Assembly (NCBI GenBank): GCA_963693365.1
Contig: CAVNZM010000008.1
Location: 1,612,001-1,676,000, forward strand
DNA length: 64,000 nucleotides
Direction: 5' to 3'
Source: Amoebidium appalachense
Taxonomy: Eukaryota > Protista > Ichthyosporea
Below the pieces are notes generated by a model, which saw only the letters and a list, made by a program, of their open reading frames with translations, did no database searches and was not told the origin of the DNA. Position 1 is the first letter of the stretch; each line of letters opens with the position of its first letter. Shown one piece after another: positions 46,314-57,758 of this stretch. The translations under genes and the position numbers were made by a program.

Positions 46314-49300
46314 TGACATATACTAATCCGTCTCAGCAGATTAGCCTAAGTCTACGATCGAGATCGGGGGGGGGGGGGGGGGGGGGGGGGTGGCCCGGGT
46401 CCACAGATCATCAAGATCAAGCCCGGGGCCTCAAGATAGCTGTGCAGCTGCGTGCATCATCTTGCCTCTGCCGGCGCAGGGCAGGACCACGTCAGCTGGG
46501 ACAGCCGACCAATAGAAGTCTAATTAGTGTGTAGGATAGATCGTAGGAGGACTTAGGAATGTGATTGTTCGGGCAGAAGCCCTTTGTAAATATTGGCAAG
46601 TTTTGATAGTGTATGCTGCCAAACGTATTTATATATTTCGATGACAGAGGAAAGGGGGGAGGGAGGGGGGAGGGAGATAGTATGAAATGTAGAATTAGAC
46701 TCTGCGGTGCCACTAGGGGAAGGGAGAGGGGTGAGACTTAGATAAATATATTTGTGTGAGCCGATCGACTTAGCTCGTGCAGGCGCACGATAAAGTTAGA
46801 TCGGAATGTACGGAATGTGGCATCGTAGGGGGCCAGGTGATGATGATCTTGTAGGGCACGGCCTTGATGGCCTCAGTCGTAACTTAGTGTGATTCCGTAC
46901 GGATCTAAGTTTGCCCGTCGGAGCCTGGTCTGAATAAACTTTACCGTTTTTCTGTACACGTTCGTTCCTTTTCGTGTGTGTATACTTAGTAGAGTGCCGC
47001 GTCTCTAGTACACATATAATAGGATACGACAAGCTACACCTTTCTTTTAGTGCGGTTTTTCGCGCTAGGGTAACGCGGTGACAGTTCCTTCTGGGCTGTT
47101 GCTACACCTCAAAAACACAAACATACACACAACCTCTCAACTAGGGCACACACAACACCATGGCTAAGTTTCACGTAGATATGTTCTACGCGTTGGCAGC
47201 GGAGGATAGCTCCCTGCACACACAGATACCACAGGTTCACACACTAGCTATAGACGCCAGAAACACAACAGCTTTTAGTTTACACTCAAACACCAGCGGT
47301 CGTGGGCGTGGTGGACGTAGCGGACAGCAGCAGCAGTTCGACGAGGGGCATCGTCGTGGGTCCTCAAGACAGCGTCGAGGTGGTATGGCATGAATGTTTG
47401 TGGGGTGACTCTACCAAAGGTATGAATGGTGTGAATGTTTTGTGGTTGGGGGAGGTTCCCCAGCCACAAGTGGATGGTCTCAGTGTTTCTTGTCCCAACC
47501 CGGTGTTTGTTCTAACCACACCGGAGGGGGTTTCTGTGCCATTGTTTCCGGGAGGGGGGGGGACACACACGAGTAAAGGGGGAAGGGGGGGGGAAGGCAC
47601 AGACACGTAGAAACACACCACCACAACAACATACGACGTTGCAGACACACCTACACCCACACACACACCCACACATACACCAAACACACACACACCACCC
47701 ACCCACACATCACACACACACACTCCACCACCACCCACACCACATACACACCCCAACCCACCCGTGCAGGCACCACAGGTAGGTATGTTGCACGTAGGTA
47801 TCGAGGGTGTGAGTCTTCGTGGGCAGGGTCTGGGTGTGAGTGATGATGTGTTGCTTGAATTGGAGGAGGATTTAGTTGGGTTTAGCCGGCATTATATAGA
47901 CGTATGGTTATTTGATGGTAAGTTGAAGGCTGTTGCTTTGCTCGATGGAGGGGCTCAGGTTAATTGTGTGCATGCTTCCTTTATTCGTCGTTTTAATCAG
48001 GCCGGGGGGGAAATTCCTATTTTAGATGCTTCTAGCACAGCCTTAGGTAGTGCTAATAATAGTAGTATGTCTGTGGAAGGTGTTTGTGTGTTGCCGTGTG
48101 AGATAGGTGGCCAGGCTATGCATATTGCTTGTTATGTGGTTAAGGATTTAGCTCAAAGTGTTTTGTTGGGAGCCCCATTTTTCCGTAGACATGTGAATGC
48201 TTTGTTTGAACGTACGAATGTTTTAGAATTGCAGTCCGGCGTTAAAATTAAAACCCATGATGGGCTCGACGGTTATCAGTCTGGTGCTAGAACGGTAGCT
48301 GAAGTAGTAATCGAGCCTTACCAGTGCCAAACGGTACGTGTCCGGGCCGGCAATCATGTTAGGATAGGGGATTTAGGGGTTTTTACTCCGAAAACCCCAT
48401 TTCAGGAGGTGGCCCAATGGACCCTTAGTAGGGTATGGCCGGATAAGACAATAGAAATAGAATTAGTGAATCCGGGCATCGAGCCTATAGTGATTAGGTC
48501 AGGTGTTTCCGTCGGTAGTTTCACTAATGAGATTGGTAGTATAGAGGTCTCTCTTATTACCCAAAAGGAGGATGCAGGCTCGAAGGGTGACTCAGGAGGA
48601 GGGGGAACAACTTTATTTAACGTTAGCCACCAAAATGTCACCCGACACGATGGGGGGGGGGACCGGGACAGCACCGGTCCCACTCCCCCGACCCCCAAGA
48701 GGAAGGAGGGTCACCCCGGGTGTGAGAATGTGCAGGCAGGGGGGGAGGGTGTTGGTCTAACCCGTGGATCTGACGGGTTAACCAACACCGTGGGGGGCAG
48801 GGTGGCCACAGACCTGGCCCCCCACATACATGCACTAACTCATCAGGAATTGCCCGGGGGCATGGGTGTGCCGGGGGGAGGGGGGGGGTGCTAAGGGTGA
48901 CCGCCTATATCCGGAGGTACCTCAACCTCACCCCGAGCAGCACCGATGTAATACAGGAGGTGAAATGTTAAGTGGCACTCCGGTGAATAAGGATGCATCC
49001 ACTTGTGATGGGGGTAACCCGGAGTTAGTATTGCCGTTTGGTATGAAGGAGGGGGATTGGACGGTAGAACAGAAAAAATTGTTAGATAAGTTATTTGATA
49101 GGACTCGGTTTGCATTTCTGGCCGATGATAACGAAGTAGGCTTCGTTAAAGGGTTTGAAATGCAGATCGACACAGGTGATAATAGGCCGGTAGTGATGCC
49201 TAGCTATAGAATGGAGCAGTATAAATTGTCGGATGCGCTAATTATAGTGAGTGATATGTTAAAAAAGGGTCATGTGGAGCATAGTTCGAGTCCGTGGAGA

Positions 49301-52070
49301 AGTCCGGTGCTATTGGTTAAGAAGCCCGACGGGTCTTGGCGTCTAGTGAACGATTACAGGGCTCTGAATCGGATCACTAAGGCAGACCAATGGCCTCTCC
49401 CTAACATAGAGGAGCAGCTTTCACAGCTGCACGGCTATACTCACTTTGCTAAACTTGATTTAAAAGCAGCTTTTTGGCAGATAAGGTTGGAGGAGAGCAG
49501 CAAGGAGAAGACTGCCTTTGCACTGGGTGACCAGCTGTTCCAGTACAAGGTGGTGCCGATGGGTTTGCTCTCCTCTCCAGCTATGTTGTGCTGGGTAATG
49601 TATAAAATTCTCCACCCTCATTTGGATGTATGCCACCCTTATTTGGATGATGTTTTAATTAAAGGTAGGTCATTTGAGGAGCTAGTTAATAATTGTGAAA
49701 AAGTATTTTTAGCTTTGGGTGAGTCTGGTCTTCGTATTAGCGGTAGCAAGACTGTGATTGGTGTGCCGGAGGTTAAGTTTTTAGGTCATATTGTGTCTAG
49801 TAATGGTCTTTCCCCTGATCCGGAGAAAATCCGGGCCATAGTTGAGTGGCCCCGTCCTCAGACTGTCACTCAACTAAGGCAATTTTTAGGTTTAACTAAT
49901 TATCTTCGTCGTTATATTAAGGATTATAGTATGCTTGCTTTGCCGTTAACTAGTCAGACGGGGGGGGAGAAGAAGAATAGAATAGATTGGAATGTTGATG
50001 CTGTTTCTGCTTTCGAAAAGCTTAAGTTAGCTTTGCAGTCTTCGAGTATGCTTGTTCATCCTGATTTTTCGGCCGGGGGGGGGATGTTTAAAGTTCGGTG
50101 TGATGCAAGTAAGGTTGCTGAGGGGGCCGTGTTATATCAAGTGCAGGAGGGGCAGGATAGGGTGATTGCTTATGCTAGTCGTTCATTTAGTAAAAGTGAA
50201 CGTAGATATAGCAATCCAGAGAGAGAGTCCCATGCTATCTTTTGGGCAGTCTCACAGGCATGGAGGTATATACTCGCAGGCAGGACGTTTGAGGTCTACA
50301 CCGACCACAAGCCCTGCCTAGCCATGGCCGGCACCACTCGTCTGGTCAACGAGAGGATGCAGAAGTGGGCCGCGGCTCTCGGTGAGTTCTCCTATAAATT
50401 GTTTTATGCCAAGGGTGAAACAATGGTTGACTGTGATGCTCTCTCTCGTGCTGCTTATATTTTGTTTGAAGAAGAGAAGGAGGGGGAGGGGGGGATAGTG
50501 AGAGACGGGGGGGGGAGGGGGGAAGGGGGGGGAGAGTGAGCAGAAAGGAATAGATGCTGTGTCTGTGGATGTGTCTTCTTGGGTTCCGGGGTTGCTTGCT
50601 TATAAGTGTAGGGGAGGGGGGGGGAGGTATTTGTCAGTGTCTGAGGTCGGGACCGAGTCTCATGGCTCGGCCCCTGCCTTAGCACCTACGGCTTTGATCT
50701 TAGCTCAGGAGGAAGATGTGTTGATTGGTCTGGTTAAGAATTATTTAAAGGGGCCGGTTGATTCGATTAAATTTAAAAATAAAAGGCAGATGATTAAGGT
50801 AGCTAAGTTAGCAAAAATGTGTCAGGTAGAGCAGGATTTAGTCTATCATTGTTCTGGGCCAGACGGACACCGAGTTTGGGTCCCGACGGCACTTGTGCCT
50901 GAGGTTTTGCATATGGTGCATGAGCATCCCATGGCTGGTCATTTAGGTGTAAATAGGACGTTGCTTCGTGTTAATCGTTCGTATTTTTGGCCGGGTATGA
51001 GCAGGGAGGTGAGGGATTATGTGTTGTCATGCATGCATTGTCAGGAAAGGAATGAGAGTCCCCACTCTCGTTCCCGCCCGTCGTTTATTAGGGATTTTAA
51101 TGTTCGTATGTTTGAAAGGGTAGCAGTGGATGTGGTCGGTCCTTTTAATTCTACGGTTGAGGGTAACACTGTTCTTGTTACCGTCACCGATGTGGCCACT
51201 CGTTGGGTTGAAGTTTTTCCTCTCCCCACTGCTAATGCCGTGTTGTTTGCTCGTATTTTTGTGGATGAAATTTGTCTTAGGTTTGGTTGTCCTCGTGTTT
51301 TGTTAACGGATAGGAGTCGTGTGTTTTTAAATCAGTTGGTGTCGGAGGTGTGTAAAATTTTAAGGGTAGCCCATATCACTACGTCTGCATATCACCCTCA
51401 AGCAAATGCCATCTCTGAACGTGTGCATGCAGTGTTTCAGAAGTCCTTTGGCAAAATGGTGGATGTGGAGGCTAATGATTGGGATCATATGTCTAGGTTT
51501 ATTGCTCATTCATATAATTCTACCCCTCATGCTGTGACTGGTTTTTCTCCGTTTTATTTGGTCTATGGGCAGGAGGCTATTAGTTTGTTAGATACGGCAC
51601 TTTTGCCGATGGGGGGGGCTGACCGACTAACTTATCCCCACTGGACTGAGTTCCGGGAGCAGCTACTAACCCGGGCCCGGGCTGCACGTGATGCAGCTCT
51701 GGCCCGTACACAGCAGGCACAGACACGTGCAGACGTGTCCACACGTCCGTTACGTGAATTTGCCGAGGGTACTTTAGTTTTAATTAGGGATCATACTAGG
51801 AAAAAGAGATATAAGCAGGAGCAGGAAGGTAAGGGTGAAGGTGAAGCTTCGTAAGTATGGTAAGAAATGTTGCCTCTTTTCATTGGCCCGTATAAAATAG
51901 TGGCTAGGTTAGGTCCGACGGAATATAAGGTGCAGAGGTTAGATAATGAGAGTGATGTTAGATTTTATAATGTAGATGATATAAAGGAAAGTATGATAGG
52001 GCCCTTAGGGTTAAACGGCGGGGCCGTATAGAGCATCACCCCCGACTAGAGGGTGGTGGATGTACGGAGG
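46314..52070 (+). mobile_element. Family B copy 4: 5' LTR (46314-47031), deleted gag, near-intact pol; 3' end decays
   Basis: Identity to copy 19055-30398; lacks the family A insertion. Confidence 0.95.
47764..52050 (+). pseudogene. pol: Family B pol (PR, RT, RNase H, IN), broken mainly at G-run frameshifts
   Basis: ORFs 47764-48894, 48866-50539 and 50559-51854 carry the same motifs as 25440-30113. Confidence 0.93.
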
Positions 52071-52379
52071 GAGAGAAAAAAGAAAAAAGGACGAGGAAGT
52101 TTGAGAAGGAAGAAGTGGTTGCGAGTAGAGCCCAGGAGGAGGAGCGTGCCCCAGGGGAAGGTGGGGGGGAGGGGGGGGAGGGGGGGGGGGGGGGGGGGGG
52201 AGGAGAGGAAGAGAAGAGAGGGGCAGGGGACCCGGGCGGAGGGGGGGGGGGGGGGGGGGGTGGGGCGCGGGCGGGGGAGGGAGCGGGGGGCGGAGAGAGG
52301 GGGAGGGAGGGGAGGGAGCGGAGGGGAGGAAGAGCGGGAGGACGGGCGGGGAAGGGGGCCCGAGAGGGCGACGACGGGG

Positions 52380-52417
<38 letters not shown>

Positions 52418-52762
52418 GAGGGGGAGCGAGCGACCGACAAGGACGGGAGCAGGAGCCGGCGGCGACCCGGCCCACACACACACACCCCCGACCGACGACC
52501 GACAGACGACGGCCCCCCAGCGGGCGAGGAGGGGAACGGGGGACGGGAGGACGCGACGCGGGGAGGACGGACGGGAGGGGAGGAGGAGCGGACAGAGCAG
52601 CCCACCGCCGGGCGCACATGCCCCAACACCTCCACCCACCACGCAAAAGGCTACTTCCAGCCCAACATGGGTGTCACTGCGCTCGACGAAACACACACAC
52701 ACACACACACACACACGCGCGCGCCGCGCGCCGCGCCGCGCACGCACACACACTCACACAGC

Positions 52763-52795
<33 letters not shown>

Positions 52796-52979
52796 GGCGC
52801 GCACACACAGGCACGCACACACACACAGGCGCACACCACACAACACACACAGCACAGGCACACACAAGCGCACACACGCACACACCCTGATCCCTATCAT
52901 GATCCCCCCCCCCCCCCCCCCCCCCCCCCCCAACACTCACACAAACCGCACCCACACATCACCCACACAGCATACACAC

Positions 52980-53011
<32 letters not shown>

Positions 53012-53899
53012 AGAAGGGTTCAATAAAAAAATCACCCCCGACCCAACACACAGGGACCCCCCCCCCCCCCCCCCCCACCCACCACCACCACACCAAGAGG
53101 TACACCCCACTCCCAATTTAAAAGCAACGAAGAACAACAAAGCTAAAAAATCAGACAAAACCTAACACCCCCAAACCCCCCCCACCCCCACCCCCACCAC
53201 AAACCTCTAGGCAACACCCAAAACTACCCCCCCCCAAGGGGGGGCCCCTCCCCACCCCCCCCACCCACACGCCCCCCAACATACAAAACAACTCTAAAAC
53301 GTGAGACCACTTTTATCCGTTCCCTTCTCATCTTTACCAAACACCCATATTATACTCCAAATATTATATACGTTCTACATACTGGTATATATGATAGTAC
53401 CCCCACATCCCATCCGAACATACTGGCACTATATACTAACTATAACCAATACCCCTTTCCACCCTTTTCGTAGGTTTCTTTATTTTTTTCCTCTTTTTTT
53501 CTTATCTTTGTCCACCCTAATACCACGGTATTAGCATGTACTCGCTCAGGACTACACTCCGAACATTTTTTAACTGTGTTGCTACATTCACAATATTGCA
53601 CTACATAGTAAGTGACCTTTCTTCATCCCCAATATTTACCATATATTGCTAATACACCCCCATATTTTCGGTTGCTTTTACCTATTGATAATAGGTGCAT
53701 ATATCTATATTGTGACGGATACATTGCAATACATTTGACCGTATTGAGACCCTTTAGCATATCACACCCTAACCTAGCGACGTTTTTTGGGTTTTATTTG
53801 TGGAAATTATTGACATAAATATTTTTCTGGGTAAACACGTAGGATGGGTGTTCGATACCAACATAACCATGTAGGCTTCATTTCGTGTTTTAGCAGTTA

Positions 53900-54060
53900 G
53901 CGGTTGGCTGCCCGCACACGGGCACCTATTAGCCAACCAAAACATCAGATACCACAGATCACTAGACCGAGTTATGATTGGCTCGGATCAGATTTCACAT
54001 ATCACTAGATCGATTTTTGATTGGCTCAGATCGGTAGGCTTAGGTATATAAGCACGACAG
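53900..54060 (+). promoter_or_regulatory. Putative Pol II promoter of the DIRS-type element
   Basis: Two GATTGGCTC (inverted CCAAT) boxes and TATATAA at ~54045, ~120 bp upstream of the gag ATG. Confidence 0.45.
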
Positions 54061-54168
54061 TTTTTAGCAGATCAGCAAGCTACAAACACATCTTCTGTGT
54101 TTAGCATCCACAGCCTTACAGCTATATATTCCTTTTCATTCTCCCTATCTTTCCCTACGCCGGTCAGC

Positions 54169-55338
54169 ATGCCGCCGAAAAAGCGCCAGGCCTCAGCCGC
54201 CGCCCCTGCCGCGGCACCTAAGCGCCTGACCCGCAGCGACCTCCGCCACAGGCTGACCAACGCTCCCGCGGACACTGACGCGCCGCCAGCGGCCCATACC
54301 ACCACGGACCCGGACCCGCCGGCTACTCTCCCCTCCACTCCTGAAGTCCCCCCTCAGGCCCCGCCGTCCCCACAGATGACTTCTCAAGACGCCGTCCTGG
54401 CCGCCCTCACCGCCATCAGCACCCAGATGGCTGGCGTCCTGGCTGCTCTCACCAACCGCGACCCTCCCGCGCCCCCCGCCGCGCCCTTCACACCCGGGGA
54501 GGTTTCCCCGGGGCTGCATCTCGGCCCTGACCTAGACCTACCTGCCCTGCCCGCGCCCCCCATCACAGGTGAGAACACTGGCGACATTCAGCCGGGCACA
54601 CTCCCGCTTCCCCCCGCGGATGTGCTGGCAGATTTGCGCGCCAATCGTTTCGTCGACCTGTATAAGTTCACCCCCGCCGCCCTCCTGGCCCCATCCAAGA
54701 AAGGTCAGCATCTGCGCATGGCCGACGACGGCAGCATCGAGACTTTTCGCCAAGACAAACCCGTTCCCCTGCGTTCACTCGTCATTTGGATCCAAGCTTG
54801 GACCCATTACATGGCCGCCAAGCACCACCTCGGCCTCCCCACGGACAAAGACGTACTTTGGACTCAGCACATCACTCGCCTCAGCACCCGATACCCGTGG
54901 GCCCAGATCCACAACTATGACGTATACGCCCGCACCGTTGCCCACCAGCAGGGTCGGGCTCCGATCGAGTGTCCCAACCTGCTCGCCCAACTCCACCAGG
55001 ATCTCCTCCTGCCACCCACTCTGCTCATCCCGGACGCATGTCAGCGCTGCGGCTTCCCCGACCACCCCAGCGCGGCCTGCCTTATGTACCCCAAGCCCGG
55101 CTGTGGTCTTGACGGCTTTAAGCCGCCCCACAAGCCCGGCGGGGGTCAAACCCCTAACCGCCCTGGCCCGCAACCCGGCCCGGCAAAACCGGCCCGACCC
55201 ATGGATCTACCCGCGACGCACTGCAGGAATTTCCACATTAACGGTCGGTCCTGCGCTAAGCAGCCCTGCCCCTTCTCCCACGTGTGCCCGCTCTGCTCTG
55301 GCACACACCCCCGCAAAGACTGCAAGCACAATGCCTAG
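54169..55338 (+). CDS. gag: Gag-like ORF1 of a DIRS/Ngaro-type tyrosine-recombinase retrotransposon
   Basis: IWIQAW...YD..AR core; CQRCGFPDHPSAAC; CRNFH...CAKQPCPFSHVCPLCSGTHPRKDC zinc fingers. Lies upstream of a DIRS-type RT. Confidence 0.85.
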   Translation: MPPKKRQASAAAPAAAPKRLTRSDLRHRLTNAPADTDAPPAAHTTTDPDPPATLPSTPEVPPQAPPSPQMTSQDAVLAALTAISTQMAGVLAALTNRDPPAPPAAPFTPGEVSPGLHLGPDLDLPALPAPPITGENTGDIQPGTLPLPPADVLADLRANRFVDLYKFTPAALLAPSKKGQHLRMADDGSIETFRQDKPVPLRSLVIWIQAWTHYMAAKHHLGLPTDKDVLWTQHITRLSTRYPWAQIHNYDVYARTVAHQQGRAPIECPNLLAQLHQDLLLPPTLLIPDACQRCGFPDHPSAACLMYPKPGCGLDGFKPPHKPGGGQTPNRPGPQPGPAKPARPMDLPATHCRNFHINGRSCAKQPCPFSHVCPLCSGTHPRKDCKHNA

Positions 55339-55799
55339 TCTACGCGCACACCCACACACACAGCTAGAACATAGGGGTTAGGAGCTAGGACACACGAGTA
55401 CAGGGAAACGGAGCTCGGGAGAACGGGCCAATAGGGCTGAGTACAAAATTTCGCAGGCCAACTACGGCGCCCGCGCGCGTCAAGAATAAATGTCCCTACA
55501 CAAAGACGTTTATTCTGGCCACTGCACATAATTTTACTCCCCCCCCCCCCACGAGCCTCCCCCCCCCCCCCCCCCCTTACACTCACCTAGCACTCCCTCC
55601 CCCCCCCCCTTCTTCTACCTCTGTGTCCGCCCACACCCCCGCGTGCTCGGGCACATTCCCCTGCACAGGGCCCCGCTGCCCTCCCTGCCAACCCTCACTT
55701 GGGCCCAGCTGCCCTACTCTAACCCCCCGGGGCCCTGCTGCCCCCCCCCCCCCCCCCCCCCCCCCCGCTGCCGGGATCTCCCCAAGGGTACACCACCCT

Positions 55800-57450
55800 T
55801 GCTAACCACCCCTTCCCCCGAGGCTCAGACCCGGAGGCCCGCCCGCTGCCCCAGCACCACATTGACACCTCCCGCCTCCGGGAACTGCTGGCCTCCTACC
55901 CGGACCAATCATTCGCCGCACAACTCCTCCACGATGTCGAATTCGGCGTCGACATCGGCTATCGCGGCCCCTCCACCTCTCGGGTGGGCCCCAACCTACC
56001 CACCACCCCGGAGGCAGCTGCCGCTATCACGGTGGATATTGCCAAAGAAGTCGCCCTCGGCCACCTGCGCGGCCCCCTCTCCCCGGCCCAATTCTTTGAC
56101 GAATTTCCGGTCCACCGTTCCTCCCCCATCGGCGCCGTTACCAAGAAAGGGAACCCCCCCAAGTACCGTCGAATCCACCACCTCTCCTGGCCCCGGGGTA
56201 GCAGTGTCAATGACAGCATCACCTACCCCGACGACCTTCAGTACATTCGCGCCCGGGATGTCACCCAACTCATTCTCGACGCAGGCCCCAGCTGCTACAT
56301 GGCCGTGGCAGATGTGCAGGCTGCCTTCTGGCACATGCCCATCCGACCGGAAGACCACCACTTAATGGCATTCAAATAACAAGGGCATTTTTACGTTGAA
56401 ACCAGACTGCCCTTCGGCCTGAAATCTAGCCCAGCCATCTGGGAACGGATCGCGGCCACCCTACAGTGGCTGGCACACCAGCACGGTATTACCCTCATCC
56501 GCCACTACGTAGACGACTGGATTATAGTCGCCCCCACACAAGAGCAGTGCCAACGTCACCTATCCACCTTCCTGCAACTCTGCCGAGAGCTGCACATTGC
56601 CATCTCCGAAGACAAGATGCAGGGCCCGGCTACCCGTGTCGTCTTCATCGGTATCGAATTCGACTCCATCGCCATGGAGGCACGAATCCCGGCTTCCAAG
56701 CTCTCGGACCTACTCGACCTCACTTCCCACCCAAAGCCCCCCATCACCATTCGGGACCTCCAGTCCCTCCTCGGCAAACTCACCTGGTGTGCCCAGCTGG
56801 TTCCCCCCGGGAGGGCCTTCTCCCAGCGCCTATGGGCCCTTCTCCGGACCCACCCACACCTTGCCGGCCACCACCACATACGACTGACTGCTGCCGCCCG
56901 GGCCGACATAGCCGAATGGCACCAGTTCCTCACATCATGGAATGGGGTGCACCTCATCACACCCCCCACATACACCACCCTGGCCACTGATGCTGCCGGA
57001 TCGGTGGGTCTAGGAGGCCACTGGCTCGACCAATGGTTCTTCATGCCCTGGTCCCCCTCCACCCAAGCCCTCTATGCTCATGAGGGTAAACTCGGTTCTT
57101 CCGTCATCGAACTCCTGGCCATCGCAATCGCCGTGGCCTTCTGGGCCCCCTCCTGGTCCACCCACCATGTCCGTATTTTATGCGACAACACGGGTGCTGT
57201 GTCTGACCTGCACTCCCGGTCTTCCCCCCACCCCGTGATGGCCAAACTTATTCGGTTCATCACCCGCATGGAAATGCAATACCAATTTACGTTACAGGCA
57301 TCCTACCTACCAGGACCCCTCAACCATCTGGCCGATGCCATTTCTCGTAACCAACTTCCCCGGGCCCGACGACTCCGACCTTCCCTGCAACCGAAGCCCT
57401 GCCCCTTCCCCTCCTGGGTCCACGAGTTCCTATCCCTTCCCTTGGGCTAA
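55800..57450 (+). pseudogene. pol: DIRS/Ngaro-type RT-RNase H with one in-frame stop (56377-56379)
   Basis: SPIGAVTKK, YRRIHHLSWP..SVND, DVQAAF, LPFGLKSSP, YVDD, TDAAGSVG, IELLAI, CDNTGAV, NHLADAISR. The recombinase ORF is not in the window. Confidence 0.9.
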
Positions 57451-57758
57451 CCCCCCCCCCCCCCCCTGTAAACAACTGTACACATGAACTGTACATGTTT
57501 ACTAAAGAATGTGATCTACTAGCACACGATTCGTGCTTTGTCATGAATATCACATAAATATTATGTCCGCACCAATAGGACTCACTCTGACCTAAGAATT
57601 GAACCATATATGGTTCTTCAGCTGCATACCACATAAACGAAGTGAACCAATAAGAGGTTTGCATAAATAGGACAAAGGTCTGACTGGCTCGGACCGCACC
57701 AGAATCACGAATGGCATGTTGCCACCCGCGCTGGCCGCGGATGAACCAATCCTGGGCC

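Noticed and set aside
52070-53560. Long G-rich then C-rich low-complexity ORFs (up to 370 aa)
   Set aside because: Family B homology degrades abruptly into noise after ~52000, and flanking parts resemble corrupted element sequence. Most likely low-quality consensus.
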